64,000 bases of DNA from Ramazzottius varieornatus (GCA_001949185.1 BDGG01000012.1:1-64000); one strand, 5' to 3'. Positions 26,834-43,471 are shown, counted from the stretch's first letter. The notes: generated by a model not told the origin, from the sequence alone. Numbers and translations: made by a program.

Positions 26834-27099
26834 AACTAGTTCTCCAGCTTCTCCTCTTTGTTCCTCTTTTGTGATTATCCGACGGCATTTCATACCTGCC
26901 ATATTCGGCTTGGTTAAGTAATCCTCGAATCCATAAAATTTTGAAAATTCTAATGCAAATTTCTGGATGGAGCGGGTGATACGGGCATGACACACCGCTC
27001 GGATCCTCAGTTCTTATGGGGTCCCAACTCCCGAGAAGGCCAGAACTCGATTTGGGGCATCTGTCAGGTCCGTACTTCGAATGCATGCCCTTAGTGTAT

Positions 27100-27260
27100 T
27101 ATGATTGGACGGTTGACTTAAAACTGGGCGGAGCCTTTGGTATTCGCGTGTTTTGACTGGTCGGTCGTATGTTCTGGTTGGTCGTCGAACGCTAGAGGCT
27201 AGACCAAATCCGGCTCGTAAAGCGAGTTCTTGATTGGATCAAGTGGGCGGATCATGGCCC
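27100..27260 (+). promoter_or_regulatory. Probable promoter with CCAAT and GC boxes upstream of the BED-finger gene
   Basis: GATTGG at ~27103 and ~27231, GGGCGG at ~27126 and ~27245; motif evidence only. Confidence 0.35.
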
Positions 27261-27660
27261 TGCTCACGGTTTGTGCTGGCTTTAGGTAGAAAGCATGCTT
27301 CGTTACATTGGCCCGTTGAATGACTACCGAGCTGCGGTTTAGGTCGACTTTTCTGCGTTCGATCAGCTTGGCTGCTGGATCAGCTCGCCCTTCATTCGGA
27401 TCACCAGTCTCGATTTGATTCCTTAGGTCTAAGCGGCGTCGCCATTTTGAACTGCTCCTACGGAAAACCTTTCAACCCAAACCGATTTTTTAGCGCTAAT
27501 CTGACCGACTTTGAATTTCCACTGTCCAGCTATCTCGCACTGTACTTCCGGTGACTCCGGTCCGATGTCCAGCAGCAAGGAGAGGACAATACTGGTAAGA
27601 AATTTCTGCACCTCCTAACATGGATGCCTCTGGACGTGTCAATATCCGTTGCAGCCAAAA

Positions 27661-30600
27661 ATGTCTGCTGTCAAGCAAGAGGGTTCCGAGTACGCACCCG
27701 AGACGGACGATGAGGAAATGGAGGAAGAAGAAGCAACAGAGGAAACCATACCCAACAAGAATCCGCCTTCCAAGCGCAAGTCAGCTCCAGACGGTGAGGT
27801 TCAAATAGCTGGCCCTTCTCCCCAACGCCGCAAAGAAAGTCAAGTATGGCGCTTCTACGATCGCAACCATGATCGTATTCGGGTGTGCAAGATATGCCAG
27901 AAGAACTTCTCCTTCAACACGGCCACCAGCGCTCTCCGCAAGCACCTCATCAAGCACTTTGGGGATCAAACAGAAACAGTGCTCAGTACAGCACAGACAG
28001 CCATGGAAGTTACCATCAGTCCCTCCACGAACACTATCACCGTGACTGGGATAGATGCACTGGTCAGCGGGAATCCGAATGACATAACCACGATGCCCAT
28101 CACGCGCAATGGGAGGAACGCAAACACGAAACAGTCCATCTATTCGAGAATGAGAACAGATTTAGCTCCGGCACCGCTTCCTGCCGACCGGGCTGTCTTC
28201 CCACTCGCTCAGGCTACTCCTGCGATCAGTGTCAAAACCGAGGCGGGTGCTTCCACCTCGAGTAAAGGGCCAGGACACGCTCGTTGGAGGTGAGATTCTG
28301 ACTTACGAACGCTAAATAACAGTATAAGTTCCGAAGTCTGTAACGTGCGTATGTGCGCATAGTGAAAAACCGCCTTGTAACGTCGCGTTTGGTCGTAAGC
28401 TTGATACTGAATTGTGACGTTTTGCGATACGGTTTAAACGGGTCGGTTCAACTATCGAGTTCAACCGTAGGAAAATGTCATAAATTTCTTCGCCAATCTC
28501 TGGGTCCTTTTTTGGCCGAATGCTAGATCTGAGTAGAAGATCTTCGGAGCTCCGAAAGCGGCTCATTACGCTCATTTCCTGTTTTAGTGCGGTATGGAAG
28601 CATTTCTCCAAGTTGGAAGATGGTCGTCCGCAGTGCAAGATCTGCCAGTATACGTACTCGGCCAACGCCTCTACTTCCGGTCTTCGCCGTCATTTGGACG
28701 GACACGAGCGTGGGGAACCACCTGGAAAGCCCGGAAGAAAGTTGAACCCCTACTCCATCAAAGCAGCTCCCACAACGTCCGCCTACGGGAACCTCAACAG
28801 CGCTTCCAAAGCAGTCTCCCCGAAGACCCCGATCGCCGCTCCCAGAGCCGACGACATGTTCGTGGAAATGATGATCAACCAACACCTCACGGTCACCGAA
28901 GTCGTTGAGGAACTTGGACCGATCTACAGAGCCTACACCCATCGAGCACCAGATCAGGCGGTGCTCGAAGGGAAGGTGAAGGAATGGTACACGAAGAAAA
29001 AGGCAGAAGTGAAGCAGTTCATCGCCAGCTTTGGTGGAAAGATCTCGCTGTCGATGGAACTCTTTACGGCTGCGAACAAACAGGTAAGCTTCTGACATCA
29101 CTGGGCGCCGTGGATGCTCGACAATCAGACGCGACAAGGTTGTTTTCCCCAACCGGCGTGCAGTTTCACTGTTGATGGCTGGTAGCGTGCGCCACTTGGG
29201 AGAGCAACTACTTCGACTTCCCGGATGGCGCACGGTTTTATTGTAATGTTGCTGGAAGCGTGCGCGACTTGTAAAACGATCTTCACTAGCGTGTTTGTAC
29301 ATGTCTCATATGCCTCTCCGGTACGTTCGAATGCATTGTATGGAAATTCTCTTCTGTAGGTCTACCTGATCGTGACGGCGCACATGATGTCGGACAACTG
29401 GGAGACGCTTCGCTTCGTTCTGGACTGTGTCGTGGTCTCACCCGATGTGATGCCGGAAATCATCAAGGACCATCTGGCCGTCATCATGTCCGAGTACGAA
29501 TGTGAAAGCAAGGTGGTGGCGATCACCACGGGAGAAGAACAGGTCGATGAAGCTTTCAGACTGTACAGCGCCCAACTCATTTCCGAATCATGTAAGATCG
29601 TTCACTCTGGAACAATGTCCATCCCGGAAAACACGTAGAACGCATAGTTCTTTGGAAGTTCGAATCCATCGACAGTACCGTAACACAACTGTGCTTAATG
29701 ATAAAATGCACTGCTGTAGCCTGTTTGCAAGATTGACAAGGTAAGCTGAGATATTTGTTTTCTTGTATTAATAGCTTCGGCCGTTTCGCACGTGAAGTGT
29801 ATCGGCTTGGGTCTCGCGCAATGTGTGCAGCCCATCCTTGACGGGTTCCCCGATCAGATCGACCGAGTTCGTCGTTTTCTAAAGACTCTCCTGAACACCC
29901 GAAAGACCACCGAGCTCCAAACCAACGCCGGCCTGCTCTTACAAGACTACCACGAGCTGAAGATGGACTCTCCCAACAACTGGTGTTCAACCGTCATCAT
30001 GATTGACTCCGCGGTCAATATGCGCATCGTCATCGACGACACGATCTCCAAGGTACTTGCAAGAATAGTTGGGAACCCGGCACACAAATCTGACAAGATT
30101 GCTGTCTTAAGTGGCGCAGATTTACAGTGTTTTGAGCGTAAGCGTGCGTCACTTGGAAAACCGAGTTTATTTGCCGAGCTCCCAGTTTTTCTTTGACTGG
30201 TAGATCTCCATGAACAATCCCTTCTTTGCAGCACGAGGATATGTTCGATCCACTGACAGCTGAAGACTGGAGTATGCTCGAGCTGATCGTAGCCATCGTG
30301 GGGAACTTCCACTTGGCCGCGTTAGAGTCCAAGACGGACTACCCGAGCCTCTCCGAAGCGCTGGTCCTGATGGACTTCCTGACAACGCACCACTTGAGTG
30401 CTTTGGTGGAAAAAGAGACTGAGATACCGACGTGGTGGAGAACCTTGGCGAGGGAAACGCTGGATCGCGCACAAGAGTTTATGAACTCGGTCCTTACCGA
30501 CGTGTAAGTATGCTGACGACACGGCCTTGACTGAAATTTCATGTCAAGGTCGTGCCTGTGAAACATATTCGAGGCACGGCCTTGACTGGTGCCATCGGTA

Positions 30601-31188
30601 TCAAAGCAGGATTGTATGGTGACTATGGATCATTCTTGCAGGTATTTCATCGGTACCGTACTCGATCCTCGTCACAAACTTACGACCCTTCCTCTCACTG
30701 TTACTCGCGAGACCGTTGAAAGCAAAGTCCGGGCTGTCTTCGCGCGATACACCCAAACAATCTCTCCCAGCACACCTTCCTCCACTCCATCTTCCGCTTC
30801 AAAGACCGGGTCTCTGATGTCAGCCATCCTGAAGAAAACACAGTCAGTCGTCAGTTCCACACAAATCGACGAGCTGAATCAGTACTTGTACTCGGCGGTC
30901 GAGCAAGCCGAGGTGGACCCACTGAAGTGGTGGGAAGACTACAAGAAGATCTACCCGACCTTGGCTCAGATGGCTAAAGACTACTTGGCCATCCCCGCCA
31001 CGGCAGTCCCGAGCGTGCAACTCTTCGTAAAGGAGAAAGATGAAGGAAAATTGAGGAACAGGCTAGATGAAGAATCATTGTTGATGTATGTGTGTTTGAA
31101 GTCGTGGAATAGCATTGATTTTAGCCAGGGCGTGGCACAACCTAGCGTTGATAATGGGTTACCGCAATCGACAAAGGTTTCTACTTGA
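27661..31188 (+). CDS. ZBED-like protein: two BED zinc fingers plus a hAT transposase-derived body (domesticated)
   Basis: BED1 SQVWRFY..CKIC..ALRKHLIKH; BED2 SAVWKHF..CKIC..GLRRHLDGH; hAT dimerisation domain DPLKWWEDYKKIYPTLAQMAKDYLAIPAT. Several spliceosomal introns; no TIRs seen. Confidence 0.88.
29112..29308. repeat. Palindromic element, tandem dimer, intronic
   Basis: Cores at 29151-29197 and 29223-29270. Confidence 0.8.
30071..30183. repeat. Palindromic element, intronic
   Basis: Core 30109-30154 (24-nt spacer); AGTT on both flanks. Confidence 0.88.
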
Positions 31189-31849
31189 TGAACTTACTCG
31201 TTTCATTTTTCCAGCTTTGCTTCTTGACAGTATTACTTCTCATCCTTACGTTCTTTTTGTTTCACGGTAGAATTCACAGAAGTACTGTACTCTTCATTGA
31301 CTGGTTTTGAGAAATGTTTCTCGACGATCATCTAACTTATTCCATCTTTATGCTTCAGCGAAATCAATGTCAGCAGAAAACTCTGTACGAGCCACGAATT
31401 CACACGGAAGAAAAGACTGCAAACTTCTGGAAAGCATGAGATAACATAAGTCCAAATGAAAATCTCTTCTGTACGCTACTATAGTCTAAACTGAAAATGA
31501 GTAAAATGTAAAAGGGTGTAGAACTAGAAAAAGGGAAAGAAAAGAGTCTTTACCATAAGTCGGAAACGACATACTGCGCTGTTTTTGCAGGGTTGGGTGA
31601 GGAGAAACCTCTAGCTTTTGTATGCCTCTTTGCCCACGGCGAAGGACTTGTGTTGAAGAACCTCATGGGCATTGACGCGTTTCTTCGGGTCGTACTGCAA
31701 CATTGCGCGTAGAAGACTGAGAATTCAGTAGTAATCAGAGTTATGTGTCTTTGTTCAGTATACGAGGTTTGCGGTTAACAAAAAACAGCATATAGCTAAC
31801 GATTTTAAGAAAAAAGTCTGAGTCTAGCCTAGAAAACAAAAACACGCTA

Positions 31850-33860
31850 GACTATCTCGCTACTCACACTTAAAATGTAAAAAATTTCATCCAAACCGCG
31901 AGAAAAAGGGAACGTGCCTAAAACACAGGCTGCGTTACCCCTCTGAATATCAATGCTAATTCTGTCTCAAAAATTCCGAGGATCTCTTTTCCCCGGTTCG
32001 GTCAGCCATTCTTTTTCCTATCTCTCTCAAGAGGCTGGTAGCTGCAGGACCGAAGGTCTCGAAACCAACTGGACAAAAGAAGTCGCTGCCTTCGAGTCTC
32101 TGGTACTTTAGACGTTTGTTCTCCTCGGCCTTGTTAGCTGCGTAGCCCGCGTTCTGCGCAGATCCCTTACGATAGGTCTGGCAAACGGAGTCGACGCAGG
32201 TCACATCCCACACCAGCGCCTTGCCCTCCTTCCAAGGAACCAGCGTCATCCCGTCTGGCCTTTTCTGAGAGTCGTCCCGCAGGACACCGTTGGGCTCCAA
32301 GACGGCTTGGACCTGACAAGAGACTAAAGCACGCCGCAAGGACTCGTTAAGGGAGGAGTGTCTGCTGTGGCGGCCAGCGGAATACTTGCAGCTCAAACCA
32401 TGGCGCCCGTGGATGTCGACCGTAGCCGAGCACCGACATGTGTGAGGTTCGCAGATCGGAGCTCCTAGCCTGAGACTGACCGAATTGCGCAGTGAGTCGT
32501 CGTCGAGAAGGTTGCCCAGACAGGATGCGGGCAACGCATTCAGCCACGCACCAGACTCCTTCGTGGAAGCGGCGAGGATTCGAGCCGTTTCTTCTTCCGA
32601 CTCAAATTAGGAAGCCACGACTGCGAGAAAGTGCTTCTGGACGATGGGCTGGTCCCACAACCGTTGGTGGACCCGCAGCTCAGGCATTGGCAGTTCAACA
32701 CCAGACTGCTCAACCCATGCTGACTGCTCGGCAGCACAGAGCGCGCCCACGTCGAAATCAGCGACCATCGACGACACCAAACGCTTCGCAGAAAAAATAG
32801 AGGCCAAATAGGCCGGAAGGGCTATCTCTTCTGCTCGGCGAAGGCCGAGGCCACCTTTTACGATTGGCAAGCTAGTTTGCCTCCAGACTGAGTCCGTCAT
32901 CTTGGTGTTGGTAATGCTGACGACACTGCTTCGAAGAACCTCGTCGAAGTTGCGTAGTAGTCCAGGAAACTTCCAGACGGGGCTACAACGTAAGATGTAA
33001 AGAAGCTTGGGCAAGAACAAGCAGTTCTTTAGCAGGAACACGGCGTGGTGAGCCCCGAGTTTCGCGAGTCTCGTTGCCATCAGTTCCGCTTGTCTTGTCT
33101 TTTCTTGGAGGGTTGAAGGGAAAGCGTCTTCTAGGATGGGCGCACCCAGAAGTAGCAGATCTGCATTCGTCAGGAAAGCCAACTTTGGGAAAATTCTTTT
33201 CACCATGGACTTTGTGGTCGCCTGTTCTTTCTTGCTGCCTCCGTAAACGTACATCTCACACTTGGACATGTTTAGCTCCAAGCCGAGGGTGGCACACTGG
33301 CAAACACCGTCTGCAGGTCTTCGAGGACGATGTCCGAATCCCCTCCAACTGTCGCATCATCCAGATGAAGGGCGACTGGAGGGACTTGAAGAGTTCTCGT
33401 GTCACTAGGCAGAAAGGAGTGGTCCGAGGGGATCGCCTTGTTGGACGCCTCTGGCCGACGACAGAATCTGGTCGCCGTAGAACAGGTTTGATGGTTGACC
33501 GGACATCTGGTACACGAAGAGAAAATATTGTGGGAGGCACTTCTGAACTTCTAATAACAGTTTATCTCTAAAAACTGTTGAAAGCGTTCTTGAAGTCTAG
33601 CTTGAGAAGAACTTGGCAATCTTTCTCATTCTGCGTGACGAAGAGGCGCGCCGAATGAACTGCAGCTTCAGCACCTCCCCTTGGGCCATAGCCGACCTGC
33701 TCCGGCCGCAGCAGTTCGCCCATCGGTTGCATCACTCGCTTGCTGACCACCTTCCCTGCTAGACGTCACAGAGTGCAACCGACGGCGATGGGACGGATCC
33801 CGCCGTCCTTCTTAGTCAGAGCGATGAGTGAAGCTCCATACAAGAAGGGGCAGACCATAT
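31850..33860 (-). mobile_element. 5'-truncated, decayed non-LTR retrotransposon with RT and restriction-like endonuclease (CRE-clade-like)
   Basis: RT motifs GGIRPIAVG, LDFKNAFN, GVQQGDPLGP, LELNMSKCE; Zn knuckle CRC..HGLSC; REL endonuclease RH..RPDG..WDVT. Contains stops and frameshifts; ends approximate. Confidence 0.9.
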
Positions 33861-34876
33861 CACGAAACTAAGTATGAGACAACGAAGTTAGTCGCAGGCG
33901 CGGAATGATGTTATACCAAGAACTCGAAATGTTTTATGTTATTCCTTGCTGGCATGTGCCGAGGTTGACGTCGAACATCCGGTGACCAGTGTAGAACTCG
34001 TACAGAGTCACTCCCAGAGACCAAACGTCGCTCTTGAAGTCCCAACCTTTTCCTGAAAAAATACGCAAGAAGGGTTCTCATACAGTAAAGAGCTATATTT
34101 TTGTGTAGCTTGAATGAGCACATTTTTGCGCGTAGAAACTTACGAAGCATGACTTCCGGTCCGCGGTATGGTCGACTGTTGATCAGAACTTTTTTCTTCC
34201 CGAAGCTCTTTTCGGTGGCGTCGAAGGCATTTCCAAGGTCGATGATTTTCACCGACGATTTCCTCAGCAAGCGAACCTTGAGTATGCTGGGGCGCACATT
34301 CTTCTTGAAGGAAGGTGCAATGGGATCTTCCACATCGACGTACTTCGGCTTGTGTATATATACAACATTCTCGCTCTGGAAAATAAACTCGTCTGTACTT
34401 TCCGGATGGCTAAATCTAACTCCCTTCATGATCGATACATGGTCGAAGGAAACGTGAAATGGCCCACCTTGAGGTCGGTATGGACAGTGCCGTGCGCATG
34501 AAGGAACTGCACTCCTTCGCAGATCTGTTTGACGATGTGGTACATCGTCTGCCAGTGGAAAGGACGCCATGGCTGGTAGTCTTCGCCAGTTATAAAATCC
34601 CACAAGCTGAGTCCCTCGAGGAGTTCCATCTGCAATGGCGGAAGTAACTCTGCTCCGAAGGAAAGTAGTCCTGGCTCCTTTTTGCCGGACCTGAGGTAAC
34701 GAACTACGCGGCTCTCTACACCAGCCTCCTCCTCGGCCTCAACTAGTCTCCTCCCAAATTTAAACTCCATGACAGCACAGGCCTGGTCTTCGCACCAGCG
34801 CGAACGAAGCACCTTCAAGGCAGACAACTCATCTGTCTTTGTATCGCGAACCTTGAGAACCACGCCGTATGTTCCT

Positions 34877-35002
34877 GGAAAATGACGACAAATGAATTGG
34901 CCCAGATGGTTTTCCCAAGCAGCGAACACTCCCAGCCACGAACAATGAAAACGTGCGCCACTTAAGATTTAACGATTTGGGTGAATCCTTTTGCTGGCGT
35001 CC
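34877..35002. repeat. Palindromic element, intronic, abutting a 3' splice site
   Basis: Core 34917-34963, N25. Confidence 0.78.
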
Positions 35003-35718
35003 TAAATCAACCTAGTGAGCTAAATCAAATCGATGAAAGGTAATGATATACTGTACTTTTACTTCCGGGTGTCGATGATGCCACTGTTATTATTGCCACT
35101 ATCTACTGTATGTGTTTCTTACCGGCGCCAGTCTTTTTGATAACCTCAAAACGTCCATCATCAACCACGATTTCCCTGCGTCCAATTTCGCTGTAGGTTT
35201 CCTTGCCTGGGCACAGGTCTGGACGGACATCGTCCAGGGCGTCTTCTTCATCATCGATTTCAGTGTCATCACCCCACTGGGCCATGAGACTAGACATGCG
35301 AGAAACTGGGTCGTTCCTGCTGTAGTCAGCGAAAAAAGCTGCGTTTCCCTCCTTGGAATGCCAGTCCTTCTTTACAGATTTCTTCCGCGTTTTCAGTTTC
35401 TTCTTCTAGCTTTTCGGCAACTGCTTTCGACATACTCCCTGCATCCGATGCTGGGGGAGGTAGCTGTTTGGAGTTTTTCTTCTTGCTACTCTTTGGGCTA
35501 GCCTACGCTTTCTGGCTCTTTGCTCCCTGGCCGACCAGGGGAATTCCTGCTTTGAACGAGGCATATTTGAGCCACAAAAAGTAACAAAAGCATCAAGCTA
35601 CTCAGCAAACCGAAACGTTGAGTACGGCAGCGGGAAAGTAGCTTTGTTCGAAAACCCAGGCGTATACACCTGCGCTTTTCTGGCAAGAATCCTTTTTGCA
35701 CAGTCTGAAATAGAGTTC

Positions 35719-35941
35719 TATAGAAGACTCGGCGAAGCTAAAATAAGCCGCTTTAGCCGTTCTTAGTCGCGGCTAAAATGTACTGTGCGTTCAAATGATT
35801 TATTGACGTTGAGTCGGCTAAAATAGTTTTGGCATCAATAAATCATTCGAACGTACAATACATTCTAGCCGTAGCTAGAAGTATTTAGCTGCTTTAGCCG
35901 CGGCTAAAACGGCTTATCTTAGCTTCGCCGAGCCTCCTATA
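35719..35941. mobile_element. MITE with 8-bp TSD (hAT/P-like)
   Basis: TIR TATAG(A/G)AG(A/G)CTCGGCGAAGCTAA(A/G)ATAAGCCG; TAGAGTTC duplicated at 35711-35718 and 35942-35949. Confidence 0.88.
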
Positions 35942-36654
35942 TAGAGTTCAGCAGCACAAAGAAAACTGATAAGAATGAGCGTTCGGTATACGCGGCTGAC
36001 ATAATCACTGGCAGCCGGCCGAAAGCGGGAGTGGCCAGCGGCGTGTACCAAAACAATATTTCGACTTCAGACATAGAAGGTCAAAAGCGACGACGCTCGT
36101 TTCCTACGGTTAATTAACATGTTCGGTCCGTGACCATACTACTGCACTGCTACTGTAGCAGTGGCAAATGGAGTTCAGGATTTGTACCGACAAACCAATC
36201 AGGAAAAAGCGAGGCCTGCAATCTGATCAAAACAGTCGCGATAGCGGATTTCGAGACACGACCCAGTTCATAAAAACTTCACTCCATCCACGAAGGACGC
36301 CATTTTCCTTCATTGTTAATGCTCAACTTCGAGACAGTAAAACAGATTCATAGAGGAATGATTCAGGAGTACAATATCGGAAGAATAGGAGGCAAAAACC
36401 TCATGCTGCGGGAAAGCATCGGAATGTTGCTTCCATCAAAACCAAGAAAAAAACACGCCGCAAAAAAAGAGTAAAAAACTCAGATTCGGAATCGAGCCAT
36501 CACAGATGCTCTCTCGAGACCAAAGAAGCTTCCTCAAAACACCGAAAATGTATAATTCAGAAAGGAAAAATACACAAAGCTCTCAGACATTAAACTATCC
36601 TCTATCAAAAACCGAGAGAGAACCAGCACCGTGGAAACCTCACAACCCTGACTA

Positions 36655-40618
<3,964 letters not shown>

Positions 40619-40992
40619 CTTCGAGCTATATCTAAAACTGAACAGTTCCGTTACACATCACCATGGTAAACCCAATTCTGTACCAGCTTCTTACAATGAA
40701 AAACCAATGCTCTCCCACGATATGGAGAGCGATAGGAAATGGATAGAGGCGGGGAATGTCCAACGACTTATAGATCGGCTCACAATGCCAAAAGCGAGCT
40801 TGTCATCACAGTCCACAAGGAAAGCTGCTCCCGTTTACGAAGCCTCTTCTTGTTCCTGAACCAGTTCACGGGAAGGAAGCGTAACGCGGTTTATGAATCA
40901 TTCAAGGGTCGACACACCATTGTGACTTTCGAAGAACGTTTTTGGCGAGGAATTTTCTGCATTTCAATTTTTCCGATAAAATCGATCACCAC

Positions 40993-41280
40993 CACTGTAG
41001 TGCTGCTGAACCGCGCGTCCATCTGAGACCAGGTTACCATAAAATTCGCTTTGTCATGATACAGGCTGTCCCACACGACAAGGCGCTGACACGGGACACA
41101 AGAGTATTCAGAATCGAGTCTTGCAGTGCTTGCCTTTTTGTTCCGCACGGCTTTGAATGGATTCCCTGGTGCAACTGGCTGAGCACTGGTCCCAGCCTAC
41201 TATCGCCTTGACGTACATAATCAAGAGCTTGATTATGCGTTTCTGGTCCCGGCAACGCGCGGTTCAGCAGCACTACAGTG
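40993..41280. mobile_element. MITE with perfect 26-bp TIR and 8-bp TSD
   Basis: CACTGTAGTGCTGCTGAACCGCGCGT is inverted at both ends; flanks ATCACCAC/ATCACCAG. Confidence 0.88.
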
Positions 41281-41762
41281 ATCACCAGTTCACCACTCCT
41301 TGTTACAGAGCGAAGTCTTCTATTCCGCCACGTTTTCTTTTTCAACTTGGGCACCACGATTAATACAAAAGGTCTTTGCCTGATTGCATTTTCATATCAA
41401 AGTATGCCTCAGGCGTACTGGACAATGGTCCGCGATCCGTTTCGCGTTTGTTTGGCTTTTGGACGTTTCCTGATCTCGGATCCGAACCCAAGCTTCAGGG
41501 AGCTCGAAGAAGATCCCGATGAGTGGATCGAAGTGATCACTCCGAACTTTTCACCAATTTTGCTCAGAAGTCTCTTCGTCCTCCGTGCTGCGGTTGCTTG
41601 TGGACCAAAGTTTCCTGTAATCTTTAGGAATCTGGAAACGATTAGGAAGGAGGACGAACCCAGCTCTCCTCAACATGTCTTTCACTGCCACACTTACACC
41701 ACCCAGTCTCAGGGCCCGCATGCTAGCTCACGAAACCCTCGTGGGAGCTGTCAGAGCCCGCA

Positions 41763-43471
41763 ATGCAACAGTCGTGGTTGTCTCCTCGTCCGGAGCCCAG
41801 GTGCACCCGGAGTCGTCCGTCTCGTGAGTTTGACAATGTGGAAACCCGGCCGATTCTTAGACCTCGCTCACCATCTCAAGTACAGATTAACGTGGAACTC
41901 CCTGGCCCAGAGCCGATTCTAGACGTTAGCTTCAACATGGATCTGGACAGCAGCATCGTCTGCCGAAAGTCACCGGAAGACGAAGGCTGGCAGTCCTCTC
42001 TGCCGCTTTCTACTTTCGAAGCGGACAAGCTAGATGTGAAATGGGGCGACAAAGTCTTCTTCTACGCTATCACGGGCGATCGACTGAGTGGAAAGGTTCG
42101 GTGGATTGGGACCTTCGCGAGCAAAGACAAGTGGTCGATTCACGCTGGGTTGGAGCTGGTAAAGAACTCATGTGATTGCATTTCCTGATACAGCACTGCG
42201 ATACACGATAGTCTACGACGTAATGTTTTTCAGTCGGTTCGGTCGACCAGGCTCGGGTCATTTGCTCCGGTGTAGTGACGTAGTATGCGAGTATGCTGAT
42301 GATAAGCTGATTTGGTGTTGTTTTCAGGATGTGCCGCTGGGATACGGGAACGGCAGTTTCCACAGCACTCAGCTCTTTTGGACAAAACCAGACTACGCCT
42401 GTTTCGTTCCGCTTGATTTTCTAACCGAGAGACAACCCTCACTTTCCGCGAAGATTCCGTCAAAGCTTAAGGGACGAATTAGTGTCGGTAGGTCGTCTCT
42501 GACTTCCGCATTGCTGACTTTTGCTTCGACTTCGAAGTTCTTTCTTGATGACGACTACGTAGGTGTGGCTCCGACGCCCTTCCGTCTTCAATGCGTCGTC
42601 TGCTATGCCGAAGACGTTTCGAGAATCTTTCTCCTGTAGCGGGAATTTCGTACATGATTTAGTATTGGAAAGGCTCCACGAGTGTACGAGTACGACGAGT
42701 GTATGACTAACAGGGGATTTCCTCGAGGTATTAAGCCAGCCCTGCAGGCGGCGTATCTTGAGATGTATATAAGCTGAAAGCTGTCAGTTGTTCGAGACTC
42801 TTTTTCTCTTTCAGTTGAATTTCGATCAGTAAAGTGCAGTACGAACTCCAGCTTTTGCCGGTCTTTTGTAAATCCTAACTGGCTGACTTAGAAGTCTACG
42901 AGGTCTTTCAATCTTCCTTGGTGGATAACCCTGTCGATGGTCAGCAAAGCCTGAGGTTCCTGCAGGATCAAAGTCGAGGACGCTTGGCTAAGGCCCTTTG
43001 GAATACTGGGATCAACTGGCGGACACTGGCGAGGTTAGTCTCTGAGACGAACGAGTAGCCTACAGGTCCTAAAGAAAGAGAGGGTGACTCGTGTGACGGA
43101 TAGGAAACTATCAGTGGTGGCTTGTCTGGAAGACTTGTGAAGTGGGATTTTGTATTGAACAACAGACAGAGCGCCGGCACCATCAGGCTCTCTATCAACT
43201 CGAAGTTTAGCTGAAGCTGACGTCCGTTTAAAGTTCCTCGTTAGTCGGACGATAAAAATTATTAATCGAGGTGCAGTGTGAATTGGCCCACCGCCTGAGC
43301 CAGCAATTTTGTTGCAGGCTTTTTGCCGTGGTGAGAGTTATTTACGCTATACTTCCCTGTGGCCACGCGCACACTTGCGCTGGCTGCGCCGAGAAAATCA
43401 TGAAAGAAGTCCTTCCTGAATGCCCCTCCTGTCGCTCGCACATTCGCGCAACTTATCAGGTGTTTTTCTGA
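41763..43471 (+). pseudogene. CAP-Gly domain plus C-terminal RING finger gene, RING interrupted by a solo LTR
   Basis: GKVRWIG..HAGLEL|DVPLGYGNGSF..LF...FVPL (CAP-Gly); CVVC...IFL//PCGHAHTCAGC...CPSCR (IAP/MDM2-type RING). Start codon uncertain. Confidence 0.72.
42635..43351 (+). mobile_element. Probable solo LTR (Ty3/gypsy-like, 4-bp TSD)
   Basis: Termini TGTAGCG...CGCTATA, flanks CTCC/CTTC, internal TATATAAG followed by TCAGTT and AGTAAA. Removing it restores IFLPCGH in frame. Confidence 0.78.

Larger units (their letters stand above)
31611..35297 (-). pseudogene. CMGC (CLK/SRPK-like) Ser/Thr kinase interrupted by a retrotransposon; probably disabled
   Basis: GAG|TYGVVLKV, ALKV, HTDLK|SEN, IIDLGNA, SRPYRGPEV, GWDFKSDVWSLG, then an in-frame TAA near 33935. 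Subdomain XI (LLRAMLQYDPKKRVNAHEVLQHKSF) lies at ~31720-31611, beyond the retroelement. Confidence 0.75.

Noticed and set aside
26983-27090. GGGCATG...CATGCCC short inverted ends
   Set aside because: Only 7 bp, no TSD and no second copy in the window.
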